Of a stretch of 64,000 nucleotides of DNA, positions 36,301 through 49,006 are shown piece by piece (positions within the stretch are counted from its first letter, which is position 1; every line of letters begins with the position of its first letter). A program made the translations under genes and the position numbers. The stretch is from Macrostomum lignano (lineage: Eukaryota). The stretch is from the NCBI GenBank assembly GCA_002269645.1, contig NIVC01002449.1:1-64000 (forward strand), in the 5' to 3' direction. The notes under the pieces are model-generated. The model was not told the origin of the DNA, did no database searches, and worked only from the letters and a program-made list of their open reading frames with translations.

Positions 36301-37211
36301 CACTCTCAATTACCCCAGCTAATGCTGGCACCAATTTTACAGCTGACTGAAATGAAGCAGTGCAGAGTTGTGTCTTGCTCAACGACAAAAATTGTTCCAG
36401 TGGGATCGGGAATCTAACCCCTGACCTCTCAGTCGCGAGTCCGACGCTCTAACCACTGGGCTGCAACCCCCTATACAACCATGAGTGCTGAGTGCAAAAT
36501 GTGAAATACCGATTATCGAGTACTGCATTCCAAGTACGCCCGAGTTCCAAGCTCAGACCGCTCACTCGCCCACTCCCATCAGCCTCAGTACGATTCCCTG
36601 CCTCTCCGCCCGCTCCTGCATCAAATCCGGCTTGATTTCGCCCCGCAGAAGAGCGGCGAGCCTCCACACCTGGCCAGCAGCTGCCCCATCTGCCCAGCCT
36701 GTGGCCAACCAGCTCCGCTGGCTCTCTGGCCGCTGCCACTTTGGACGCCGATTGTCACCGACATCTTGTCGATATTTGCGTCGATCTAGCCGATCGACTT
36801 CGGCGCGACTACGACTGCGCCGCTTTTAAACAATTCGACTTTTTATTGATGCCCACCCTGCCTTACCGACCGCCGGTTCTGCCGCCGCCGTTTAAATCTG
36901 TTTCCGGTAACACTTCCGGTGCTACTTCCGGTTTCGATTCTGGTTCCGTTTCCGGTTCTACTTCCGGTTTTGGTTCTGCTTCCGGTTCCGCTTCCGTTGG
37001 CGAAACTTTCGCGGCCGCGTTCGGCATGATGGGCAATACGCAGCCATTCTGCGCCACCGGGCATCCGGCGGTAAGCGTCAACTGCGGCTCGGTTGCCAAC
37101 GGAGCACTTCCGGTCGGCCTCATGCTGGTTGCCAGACGATGGGACGATTGGCGACTGTTGGACGCTGCACTGGGAGTGGAACGGCTGCTCGGAAGATTTG
37201 CTGCACCCTGA
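33382..37211 (+). CDS. Amidase-signature family enzyme; exons 33382-33893, 34694-35104, 35630-35820, 36649-37211 (~558 aa)
   Basis: LAGKRVAVKDCI (catalytic Lys), DATVVSRVLQAGATIVGKATCE, GGSSSG (cis-Ser), TDQGGSAR (nucleophile Ser), GLKPSYGLVP, DHIGLMART, FDFLLMPT, NTQPFCATGHPAVSV and LPVGLMLVA. Splice phases 2, 2, 1 are consistent. Confidence 0.88.
33958..34421. mobile_element. Two adjacent related MITEs (33958-34227 and 34234-34421) separated by tatata
   Basis: Both carry the TIR ctcagc[a/c]acat[c/t]gaaaagtcgcca and its reverse complement. TA-type flanks suggest Tc1/mariner-like insertion. Confidence 0.6.
35826..36165. repeat. 7-bp-based microsatellite (tgctgag/tgctgaa)n in amidase intron 3
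   Basis: Seen directly, starting 5 bp after the donor site. Confidence 0.95.
36220..36471 (-). mobile_element. tRNA-derived SINE with V-domain-like core
   Basis: Minus strand: gcagcccagtggttagagcgtcggac (A box) ... ggttagattcc (B box), then ttgagcaagacacaactctgc..cagctgtaaaattggtgcc, resembling the conserved V-type SINE core. Confidence 0.65.
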
Positions 37212-37283
37212 TTTGAGGGTAAAAGCGGTGTAACTCAGCTCGGTGTAACTCAGTAACTCAGATCGACGCCCAATGACACGCTC

Positions 37284-38163
37284 CACCAGAATCGACCTCC
37301 ATCAGAATCGACCTCCATCAGAATCGACCTCCATCAGAATCAACCTCCATCAGAATCGACCTCCACCAGAATCGACCTCCACCAGATCCGATCTCCACCA
37401 GAATCGACCTCCATCAGAATCGACCTCCATCAGAATCAACCTCCATCAGAATCGACCTCCACCAGAATCGACCTCCATTAGAATCGACCTCCACCAGAAT
37501 CGACCTCCATTAGAATCGACCTCCACCAGAATCGACCTCCATCAGAATCAACCTCCATCAGAATCGACCTCCACCAGAATCGACCTCCACCAGAATCGAC
37601 CTCCACCAGAATCGACCTCCACCAGAATCGACCTCCATCAGAATCGACCTCCACCAGAATCGACCTCCACCAGAATCGACCTCCATCAGAATCGACCTCC
37701 ACCAGAATCGATCTCCACTAGAATCAACCTCCATCAGAATCGACCTCCACCAGAATCAACCTCTATCAGAATCGACCTCCACCAGAATCGACCTCCACCA
37801 GAATCGACCTCCATCAGAATCGACCTCCACCTGAATCGACCTCCATCAGAATCGACCTCCATCAGAATCGACCTCCATCAGAATCGACCTCCATCAGAAT
37901 CGACCTCCATCAGAATCAACCTCCATCAGAATCGACCCCCATCAGAATCGACCTCCATCAGAATCAACCTCCATCAGAATCGACTTCCATCAGAATCGAC
38001 CTTCACCAGAATCGATCTCCACCAGAATCGACTTCCATCAGAATCGACCTTCACCAGAATCGACCTCCACCCGAATCGACTTCCATCAGAATCGACTTTC
38101 ACCAGAATCGACCTCCACCAGAATCGACCTCCATCAGAATCGACCTCCACCAGAATCGACCTC
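37284..38163. repeat. 16-bp minisatellite (a[c/t]cagaatcgacctcc), ~55 copies, downstream of the amidase stop
   Basis: The translated pattern has a 16-aa period, equal to 3 x 16 bp. Confidence 0.96.
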
Positions 38164-38989
38164 CTCCTCGAACTGTACACTGTTAGTCAAAAGTGCAAAA
38201 TGCAGTAACAATATTGAAACTAAAATCTGCATCTATGACTTTAACCAAAGCTTGGCTTTTTATTTTAACCAGGGTTGGGAGTTGTCGCTCGGTTGTACCA
38301 TAGACTAAATTTCCCCTTATTCTGGAGACGAGAATCCATCATTTGAATTTCAATAACAGGGAAGGTCGTACAATTTGCGTGGTTGAAAATTAGCAATCCA
38401 GGTAGAATTTATCATTCTGGGGTACGAAAGATAGCACTGAGCTGCAAAAAGATAACTTGAGAAAGCTGAAAATTATGGACTGATGAGCAGATATATACTG
38501 TTTTATTCTATGATAATTGTAAACAAGCCAATGAGTTCTATAATTAGCATCTGGAGTGAAAACGAGTTTTTCACTTTTACCTCATGAGGCCACGCAGTTT
38601 GCAAATCTCATTTAGTCTTTGTGCGAGTAGCATAGACAGAGTCAGACAGAGTCATAGCCATGGTACATCGCTTACACCTGCACACAATTGAAGCAATTTT
38701 TGGTCATTGTAATTATACTTATACCCAGACGTAATAACAAAATAGTTTGGCCATTATTCCACACTTTTTAGGTTCTTGGCCATAGACATAAGGATTTGAA
38801 ATAATTCGTAGCTGTTATTAAGTGTATTTTAACAGATAAACCCGTGAACAATTTGACAGTTGAGGCATAGAATTCTAGATTACTACTACTAGTTATTACT
38901 AGATAATTACTAGTAGTAATCTAGAATTCTATGGTTGAGGCTTCCTTGAAATATACTTATTATTATATATATACTTATTATTTGATATC

Positions 38990-40640
38990 GAACGAATTCA
39001 ATGTTGAAAACGCCAAATTGCATGAAAAAAATTAAATTAAGCTTAACTTTTGCAAAACACTTCATCAGTTTGTAGTCAACATTTTGCAGCGAGTGTTTAC
39101 TTACTCGCCCCGAAATTAAAGGTGCAGTTCTCAAAGCGGCAGTTCCCGAATATGCTGGACACAAGACCCTGGCTATTTAGCACTGCAAATGCAAGAATAA
39201 TTCTTTCTTGAATTAGGCTTCTCAAGTTTTCTACTAACAAGAGCTCTCGGTGACTGCATGGCTGCCTGACTTAGCGCTAGATACATGTAGATGCAATTCT
39301 TGGCTTGTGGTGACAAGTTCATTTGGGGACTTCGTTTTGGCGCTGGTCTCCAGACTGGGAGTCTTTTTGACTGTCGGTTGCTCGGCTGAGTGAGTCTATT
39401 GGGCGCTCCAAGGCACCGCATATAGCCGTCGAAGCGGTGAAGACTGTTCGTTCGCGTTTTCTTGCTAGGTAGCGCTGCACAGTTCGTTCACTTTTTTGCC
39501 CGGTAATACACATAATGTCACTCATTCTCTTTCAGGTCAGCGATCCTCGTCACTTGTATGCAATGGTTGGTGTACTCTCGAGACAAGCTGAACCGCTGGC
39601 TCAGGCGTTTCATCAGAGAGTTAAACCAATTTATGCCTCGTACTTGTTGAGTAGAGAAGCGCAGGTTACTAGCCTTTTCGTTCAGTAGAGCTCGTGGGAA
39701 CAGACTGCCTTCTTTGCAATCTGCTGGGAGTAGCGACATTTATTTTCCCACCAGGTCCCGCTCCTTTCCATACAGCCTCGCTTGCCTTGACGTGTCGTCC
39801 TTGCAACGCGTTGGGTCAGAAATTTGGTTCTTTGTGGGCAGATTCCGGAGCGCAAAGTATAGGCTCTACCATCGGCATCCACCACCTGCTCTACCAGACT
39901 GCTCGTAGACTTCAGTGCCGGCAAATGCTCCTGCCCACGCTCCCCGCAGACATACAAAATAGTGAACACAACTTCCTCCTAAAGCTTCTCAGTGGTACTC
40001 CGATCAAAATAGCCTCTCAGCTTAATTAGATCGCCTTCCTCGATCGCTTCAAATTGTTTTGTTGTGCCACCAGCATTGTGAAACTCTCGTACCTTGACCC
40101 TGAGCATGCGATTCGCACTTGCAAACCTTTCTAAGTTTCTCCTCCTACGATGTTGATCGACCGCTTCAGAATAAGGTCCCACCGTCCTGCTTTTTCATAC
40201 CGAAATAAAAGTATCGCAAATACTCGTTGAGCTTCGATGCCTCCATTGTCGTTGGCAACTCTGGGGTGTTCTCGGTGAGAAATTGAACGAACGCCTCGCC
40301 GTGCCGATTCATCTGTTCAACCGTTGATTTCGAAAGTGACTGTAGCTCAGCGCTATCCATTGTCGAGATCAACTGCTCATTGAAGCCATCCACTTTCGGC
40401 AGGTCCGGCAGTTCTTCAGTTCCGTGGTCGTTCTCAATCCAATCAATGAAATCCCGCCAGGCCTGGTCATCGTGATGGTCCGTCGAACTAAGCTCAGACA
40501 GCAGTTGCAACTCGTCCATCTTGACTCCGTTTAGCGAGTTTAGCGAGGGAAGATGTTTCCAATTAATAAGCGCAGCCATAGTTGCTTTGTAGAGTGAGAG
40601 TTTTAATTTTTGAGAATCGCATAAAATTATAATCAAAGAC
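38990..40640 (-). mobile_element. Decayed Crypton (DUF3504-type tyrosine recombinase) DNA transposon
   Basis: Collinear fragments EYLRYFYFGMKKQDG, ANRMLRVK..AGGTTKQFEAIEEGDLIKL, L*EEVVFTILYVCGERGQE, GINWFNSLMKRLS..LSREYTNHCIQVT, IMCITGQKSERTVQRY and C-terminal IFGNCRFENCTF. Frameshifts and an in-frame TAG at 39979-39981. Confidence 0.8.
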
Positions 40641-40839
40641 AGACTTTAAGGAAACTGTTTTGTCTATGGCCCATCTAAGTATATGGTTGACCTCGTATAG
40701 CTCTCGTGTGTTTCGTCTATGGTAAACTAAATCGCAAAACAGCCAATAGCACCAGAGCCAAAAAGTGTTGAATAATGACAGCGACAAAAGTGCTAAATAA
40801 TGACCGCAAAGTGTGGAATAATGCCATGACGCTGGGTAA

Positions 40840-41230
40840 AAGTATAAATGTACCCAAAATACCCAAAATGAAACGTATAGTTCTCAAAGCCGCAGTTCTC
40901 AAAGATGCTCGACACTTTAGCCTGATGATTTAGCACTGCAAGAGGTGGTTTATGTTGAATTTTTTCTATAAAAGAGAAATACAGGTGCTCAAGTATAGAT
41001 GCCGAACTTACCATTTGAAAGATGCACGCCTTGGCTTGCAGTGACTAGTTCGCCTGATGAGCTTCTTTAGTACCGCAGTATCCAAGCTGGGATTCTTTGG
41101 GACTGTCGGCTGCTCGACTGAATCTATCGGCCGCTTTGAGGCATCGCTTATAGCCGTCGAGACGTTGAAGACTGCATGGTCGCGTTCGCACGGTTCGTTC
41201 AGTTGTCGATTGGAAGATTTTTCCAATTAG
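40840..41230 (-). mobile_element. Diverged second copy of the Crypton 3' coding end, in tandem with the first
   Basis: VFNVSTAISDASKRPIDS vs VFTASTAICGALERPIDS, and VLNHQAKVSSIFENCGFENYTF vs VLNSQGLVSSIFGNCRFENCTF. DNA is homologous to 39110-39470. Confidence 0.65.
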
Positions 41231-41303
41231 CTAATAAGCGCGGCTGTTTGATGAGATGCACCAGCCATAAGTTGTTTGACAAGACAAATAGCTTTTTGCG
41301 ATT

Positions 41304-41899
41304 GAATTCAGCCAAACTGAAAAACCTTTCAGCCGATGGAGATTTTGCCTTCACTTCGGCGGCTCCTACCATAGACTATTTAGGACACACCGGCTAGCTG
41401 TCCCGCTCCTGTAAATGAATTCAGCCAAACTGAAAAACCTTTCAGCCAATGGAGATTTTGCCTTCACTTCGGCGGCTCCTACCATAGACTATTTAGGACA
41501 CACCGGCTAGCTGTCCCACTCCTGTAAATGAATTCAGCCAAACTGAAAAACCTTTCAGCCAATGGAGATTTTGCCTTCACTTCGGCGGCTTTTACCATAG
41601 ACTATTTAGGACACACCGGCTAGCTGTCCCACTCCTGTAAATGAATTCAGCCAAACTGAAAAACCTTTCAGCCAATGGAGATTTTGCCTTCACTTCGACG
41701 GCTCCTACCATAGACTATTTAGGACACACCGGCTAGCTGTCCCACTCCTGTAAATGAATTCAGCCAAACTGAAAAACCTTTCAGCCAATGGAGATTTTGC
41801 CTTCACTTCGGCGGCTCCTACCATAGACTATTTAGGACACACCGGCTAGCTGTCCCACTCCTGTAAATGAATTCAGCCAAACTGAAAAACCTTTTAGCC
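41304..41899. repeat. 113-bp tandem repeat, 5 copies plus a partial copy
   Basis: gaattcagccaaactg at 41304, 41417, 41530, 41643, 41756 and 41869; copies nearly identical. Confidence 0.97.
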
Positions 41900-42731
41900 A
41901 AGACTTTCAGTCAGTGATTCTCACATAGAGTGAAAGAATATCGCCATGATTCTTAGCTGATCATTAAATTATCAGAAACTGTCAACCCATACGCCAAGCA
42001 TAGGACTGGCTGAAAGGTTTTTCAGCCAGTAAATAGTTCTAAAACAGACCGGCCAGCACCACATTCTAGTAAAAGTAATTTTTGCGAGTGTAATTGTGCT
42101 CTTGTTATAATATATTTTGGCTATTGCATTAGACCATACAACATCATAGCACTTATAATTCGTACTAGACACCAGGTAGCAATCCAATAAATAGTAAAAA
42201 AGGTTTTTCTGTATGTACATATATATATACACAGACAATATTCAAGCAATATATATATATATATTTTACTATGTTTTATTTACATTTGGACTATTATATA
42301 TGTATTACATATAATTATTTCTTGTCTAAAAACTTCGAAGTATTCCCATTATTTTCCATCATTTAATTTTTTTGCATCCAGTTTTTTATTTTATTTACGG
42401 ATACTAAAGGTTTCTTTATGGCTTAAGTTACACAATTAATTAGCTCTTCATTTTCTCCAATTGCCCTACTTTGGCTGAGACATGGGATTTTCTATGACAC
42501 CCTCGCGGCCAATCTGATGGGATTCGGCACAGAATCCGCTCTGGTATTTCGACCCAAGCTAACATCCCCTTCCAGTGTTGTAAAAGTCACTGAGCTAGTC
42601 ATTGCGCAATGCTGGTGCAGTGTGTTTCCTTAGCTGATCGAATGCCAGCTAAACAATTATGAAATGTTTTAGCCAGGCGTATTCGATATTAATACGATTT
42701 TTCAAATTTCCAGCGCCATTCTTCAAGCACA

Positions 42732-44236
42732 ATGTCTGACTCGAGCCCGAGCTGCTTCATCAGAGGCTGCAGCGCTGCCCCAAAAGGCACGGGCGTTCGC
42801 CTCCCAGAGCAACTGTGCAAAAGACACTTGGCTCAGGATGCTGCCAGGGTGCGCCACCGGGCACAGGAGGCGCTCAAGCAGCTGCAGCCGCTGAAGAGTC
42901 TGCGAGACGGCCTTCGAGTTCATCAGCGAGCGCTGGCAGCCGAGCTGCAGAGCGTCGAGCAGCTGTTCGAGTTGGCTGTGCAGTCGCTGCTCACCTACAA
43001 AGAATCTGTGCTCAACCGATTGACTGTCAGACATGTGAGCAGTCTGCAGAAGCTGAATGAGCTGTCAGTGCTGCAGGAGTATGAGATTGGCCTTACTGAA
43101 GCTGAGGCCAATGCTGACCTGAAGACAATGCTCTCACTCTCAGCTGCAGTGAGTGCGGAGTGCGGCAAATTGAATGAAAAGAAAGACAGCTTTTTAAACG
43201 TTGTCAGAGACATTGGCGACGTGAGCGGCAGCGTGAGAGACTTGCAGCTGCTGATTGACAGGCAGCTGAGCGACGTGATGCAGCTGTGCGAGTTAGCTGG
43301 TCCGCTGAGCGAGAGGCAGAGAATTTGTGAGTTCCACAGCGAGATCAAAGGACTCGATGGTACGCCTGATTGGGTTTCATGCTGCAGCAACACGAAGGGC
43401 TTCTCCGCTGATGCTTCAGGCAGCAAAGTGGTGAAGGCGGAGTCTGCGGTCGATGCGGCACAGATGCTTCCGGAGCCGTGTCTGTTCGTAGCTTTTCATT
43501 GCCAATATATGCTGCATCCGTGAGGCTGAAAGTTCAAGTCGACCTCGACTGGTTCACGCAAATCACAGGACTCAGCTGTGACAGCAAGCGCCAAGCTCTG
43601 TACATCTCGCAGAAAAAATGGCTGAAGGTGTCGGACCTGAGCGGTCAGGTGTCGCTCAAGATCAACTCGAGCAGCCTCGGACGGCCTGTCAGATTTATGG
43701 GGCTGACCTGCAGCTCTGACAAGATAATTGCTCTGGACAAAAGCGGCTCGGAAATGCAGCTGCTGTGCATCGACAAAGACAGCGGCCAGCTGCAGACCTG
43801 CGTTTCTGTCGGTGGCGTGTCCAGTTCCCCAGATTATCCAGCATCCCTGTCGATCATTGATCACACGGTGCTGATCACTGACTGGGCAGTTCAAAAGCTT
43901 TATAAAGTGTGCATCGCTTGCGGTCAGCTGGTCTCGACCTACCCGACGAAGCGAAGTCGTCTTAATGTAATTCAAAGACCTTCAGGAGTCGCGGCTCATC
44001 GCTCAGGTCTGGTGTTCGTCAGCGAGTGGTCGAGGCATGCGGTTCGTGTGATGCAGAGTGACGGCACTGTACTGCAGACTGTCGGAGTCGAGGGTGAGTC
44101 TGGCAGTGGCAAGGATATAGTGCTCAATCCATGTGGCTTGGCCATCGTTAAAGGCGACTCCGAGCTGCTGGCTGTGTGCCTAGAGAGTGGAGAGTCGATC
44201 AGGTTCTACCGAGTCTCAACTGGTTCTGCCGTGTGA
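42732..44236 (+). CDS. C-x4-C-x15-C-x2-H finger, coiled-coil and NHL/beta-propeller protein (TRIM-NHL-like, no RING); two overlapping ORFs joined by a 47-nt intron or a frameshift near 43478-43524
   Basis: ORF1 42732-43523 (CFIRGC..LCKRH, helical coiled coil). ORF2 43478-44236 has NHL-like blades (RPSGVAAHRSGLVFVSEWSRHAVRVM, LNPCGLAIV). Confidence 0.65.
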
Positions 44237-46308
44237 CATCAGAGTTCAGGATGGTTCTGCTGGAACTGTTTATCATTCACTCAAAGCCGTTTATTCACGT
44301 CTCTACGTACAACTGACAGTACCATGAATCTAACAATATTCGGTTTAAAATAATGTCACAGGGCTCCTGGGTAATCTATTAGAATCTCACTGATGTCAAT
44401 AAAATCTGTTGTAGGGTGGGAATAAAGAAAGATGCAAATTCTACTACTGACAGGAGTAAGCCGTAGGTTGCTCCTGGGGGCGTGAAGTGTCCGAGCGGCA
44501 AGACACAGTTTTCTATTCAGTCCGGGGGATATAAATGGGGAAATTTAAGGGCTTCGCGGTGGATCAGAGTTGCCTGGGGAATGATCGCGCAAGGGAATTT
44601 CCTAATGGGGAATGCTTTCGCAGAGGGTAATTCGCTTAATAGGAATGGCGCCGAAAGCTGGTAGGACCCTTAATGGTTAGGGGAAATTCTGGGAATAGTC
44701 TTCAGAGAAGTTCGGCGGTATGCCAGGTCAGCGGGGAGGTTAGAGGCAGGCTCGAGACTGGGCAATCCGCGGGTCTGGGCGAGAGAGTTGGCGGAACTCT
44801 AGATCAGGCTGGGGACTGGGTTAGGGGAAGAGAGGGAGAGGCGGGGCGCCTTCCGTTGGGGAGAATTGGGCTGCGATAGTTACTGCACGTTCCTGGGGAA
44901 GGGGGGTTGAAGGGGGGGCTGTACACTTCTGATTGAGCAAGCCTGGAGGGAAAGGGAAGGCTGAACGCCTAAATGAGGAACAGTGAGTCAAGCTATTTTT
45001 AGAACAAACTGTTCATACTCCAGACTTAGCACGGGGGCAGACAAGGTTAACTTTCTTTTGCTGTGTATTTGCGAGTATATATAGTATTTCCACTAAATAT
45101 GGCGGACAATTTTTAACAAATGTTACGAAAAGAATTATTTAGCAACAAATTTACAGTATAAAACTAACTATTTATTCATGTATATTTACTTCTAATAAGG
45201 CTACGAGTAAGAGTGATAAAAATAGTGAATTTGCGTTAAAAACGTAAAAAAAACTAATGTATTGAGGCCACTTGACTACTAGTAAGGCATACAAAAATAA
45301 GCATACAAGTATTAATGAGTACATAGAATAATGAGCCTGCCTCAATAATTTCATTTGAGTTTGAGTCTAACGTCGTAGTCTGTCATTGACGTTTTTTATT
45401 GCATGTGTATCATGTAATCCTTTCATTATTTCTGCTTTGCGATTCTCGGATTTTGATCAGCTAGAATTATATAAATTGATTAAACATGCCTTCGTTTCGT
45501 CAGTTATAGCTGTATTTTATTACGTTAATTTGACACAAAGCAAATGTTATTCGAAGCGTTTATGCGCTACCTAAACAAAATATATTAGCAAATAAGCACT
45601 TTCTGACTCTTTGGCGAATGCTTTGTTCTTTGTTCTTAATGACATCTGCTCTAAAGGTCATTCCTGTTGAAGAGAATGTTCCACTCTGTTCCACTGTTGA
45701 AGAGACATTGCTGGCCTACAGGCCACTAAACTGTAGCTTAGGTACCGCCGAAGCTGGCACCGCCACTGATGATCGAGTATGGAGGTGGGGACTGTTGTAC
45801 TTTGGATTTAAGCCTTCAAATTGAGCTGAAAGCTGAGCTGAGCTCTCATTCCATTTCATTATTCTTAATCACAGAATGGAGGAATCTAGCACGCTGACGA
45901 GTGCGTCAATGGCTGAAACACGAGTCAAAGTGCTAGATTCCCATTCTTATTTGATCCAACATGTGTGGCTAAAGTAGACAAGGGTGGAGCGGGGGGTGTG
46001 GAGTTAGACTTGAACCATAGACAAAATATGCGCGAGCTAGTCTGAACATTCTTGCACGATGGAAAGAAGATTATGCTTGTAGTCTATGGCTGTTATGCTA
46101 AATATAGAAACATTGCGCATTACATTCTTGCACGATTGACATTCCTGCACGGAGTGCACACGTAAATTCAAGGTGATTTTACCATAGACACTTGCATTTC
46201 TGCACGCATATGGCGACTTCCAAAGCATTCTTGCACGCTGGATCAAATAAGAATGCTTAATTACGCATTTTCCATGAAGCCGAATTAAAAATGGTTCGCA
46301 CTACTTTT

Positions 46309-48892
46309 CCCAGTCAAAGCAATGCCGTTGCCTCGACGTCGCCAACACGTCGCAAAATAACGTCGCCAAACCAGCCATTTTGTCGCGCGCGGCGACGTCG
46401 CCATTACGACCCCAGGCGACGTCAGAATTTCACATACTGGCGACCAAACGGCGACCATCTATTACAGATTGCTTAGCACCTTTAATATAGTGCAAATCTC
46501 GAAATCATAATTAAATAAACCTTTTCTAAGATTGTAGATGAAAATTTAAACAAGATTAATGCGCTAGCTTGCTCGCGTTTTCATATCTTTATCAAATTTA
46601 TAAATTTTATAATTTAATTTAAGGTGTTTATGTCGGTTAATTTATTATTATCAGAAAAGTAATATTTACACAGTTACACTTAAAGACACAAATTATTTTA
46701 AATTTACAAATGGATTTTCTAGTGCAGATATTTTACTCACTGAAAAGGGTCGAAAGAAGAAGAAAAAAACGATGTCAAAAAAAATTGCTCAAGATTTTTC
46801 AGTTCAACCTTACAGCATGTTGGCAGCATTTATTACTTAAATCAAACTATTTCCTTCTCGTCAAGTCCCCGTCGATTCAGACTGCAGAAAACTGGGTCCC
46901 GTAGCCGGCAACGGAACTGCACCTTGCATGCACAGCTTGTGGACAAAGCTTATATGCTGCAATGAAATTTATTAGTACATTAGTGACAATTGGACTACAA
47001 TGTTGACCATTATCATTATTACAACAGGAAAGAAATGTTATTTTACAAAAATATACACATTGACAGAAGAACTAACCTTTGGGGCTTAGATGGTAAACTG
47101 CCAGCAAAATCCTGCTGTTGAGCATGAGAAATTGATGCCACAAAGCGACAAATTGAGTGTCTTTAACAGTTGCTGAATTGTGCTGACATATCTCTGAAGA
47201 AAATGAATGCAAAAATATATTAAATTTCAATTTTTGTAACTTGAAAAATCTGACTTTAATATTAGCATACTCACCATTCTTAAAAGGAAATGGTAGGACA
47301 CTGAAAGCAGCCAATTTCACCATGGTCCTCCACATCATGACTCAGATGCATCAGAAGATACAGAAACAGGTCCTTCTGCACTTGTCCAGTTATTCTCTTG
47401 CTGATATGCTGATGGACCTGCTAAATGCTCATTAATGTTCCTCAGGCTTTAATGTGTTCACATTATTTGGTATTCTCTTAGTATTCTGCTGCCATTAACG
47501 TCACTGGCCTTATTTGATACAAGTGACAAAAGAATGACATCTTAACTTCTTGGGCAAAGTACATAGGCCATCATGAATGCAAATTGTAATAAAAATATGT
47601 TCTCTATATATTAAAAACTTTGACATAAATAATATTCCAAGAAGTTAAAGAAAATGAATAAAATAAAAAGTATATAGCTAAGATAAAAAATTGTATAGAT
47701 ATAAAATGCAAAGCCTATGAGAAAAGCTACTTTTAAACAGTATCTATAGGTAGGCCTAGTTATTATTTATAAGAAATATTTAGTTTATTTTATCTTTAGT
47801 TAGTTTAATTATTAAATCTTTTCCATTGGTTATTAGACAAGAAAGGGGAAGAACTCTCATCACTAGCCTAGAAATTTATTCCCTTAACTGCATTAGCTAA
47901 CTCCCATGACCTGAATTATATCATCCAACTTTTCTCCAAATCCATAAAAATCCTCTCCATGAAACTTAACACCATTGAAATCCTCTCTATAAAACTAAAT
48001 ACTATCAAAAATCCTCTTTGTGAAACTGTGATAGTGTTACTTGAAAAATTTTCCAAATAAAATCTCATTAGACACAAGACAGCATAGGCCTAGCCTAGGC
48101 CTAATCAGTAGTCTAATATTAAATTAAGGCCTAGCAACATAAAGGGCCAACTTAGCTTATTATAAAGTAGTCTAGGTCCTATTATATTATATTATCCTCT
48201 TGCCCTTGGCCTTGCTTGATTTCCCCTATCCAAAGTCTAATTTCATTGTTTTTTTCCAAACCCAGCTTTCTAATATCATTGTGAGCAGAATTACATCATT
48301 TGTATGCATAGTATCATAGGTTACTCAGGCACAGGCTCCACTTATGAACTTAAGTTGACAAGCCCTTGGTCTTTGGATTGGCCAAAAACAACACAATATA
48401 ATATAGCAGCAGTATATAGGCATAATGAAGTTAGCTTCCTAAGCTAAAATTATCGTTAAAAACAGACCTATATCATATAAGGTCATACAATATTATACCA
48501 CACAATGTACGAAGATCATATGCAGAATTGATTCTTTACTTCTCCACCATTATCAGAATTTACAATTATTTACTGTCAAAAGAAACAGTTCGTATTTTGC
48601 TACTTCAATCAAGAAGATTTAACTATCCATCATATAACAAACGAACAACTGAACTTCGTGTAGATATAAAGAATACTTAAGCTCAACTTGTTTGCAAATT
48701 CATAAAAAAGTTTTTAAGATTTAAGTAAGGATATAAGATCTTCTATAGCACATCGAATATTTTTTAGCTAAATGCCTTGGTCGCAAGAAGACGTCGCCCC
48801 GACTAAAACAGTGCAACCAATATTTGCCCGCGACGATGGCGACCAATGGCGACTTCATAGCGACGTCGACGCGACGTACTGCCTTGCTTGGG
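46309..48892. mobile_element. Putative non-autonomous DNA transposon (~2.6 kb) with CCCA..TGGG ends
   Basis: Imperfect TIRs cccagtcaaagcaat / rc cccaagcaaggcagt (11/15), each followed by clusters of gcgacgtcgc subterminal motifs. AT-rich interior; no clear TSD. Confidence 0.35.
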
Positions 48893-49006
48893 TTGTTGTG
48901 AAGTCTATGGTCAGTAGTATCCACTGATACTACGAGTATAAACACAGCTTGTATATAGTGTATACACTGTGTATAAACTGTGTTTATAGTATCTGTGGTA
49001 GTTTTC

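Noticed and set aside
36210-36330. Possible extra amidase exon
   Set aside because: No phase-compatible donor before a stop. The segment is the tail of a minus-strand SINE, and exon 3 splices in phase directly to 36649.
37273-38208. 311-aa repetitive ORF (TRIDLHQNRPPPESTS)
   Set aside because: A 16-bp unit that happens to lack stops and cycles through all three frames; no codon-level constraint.
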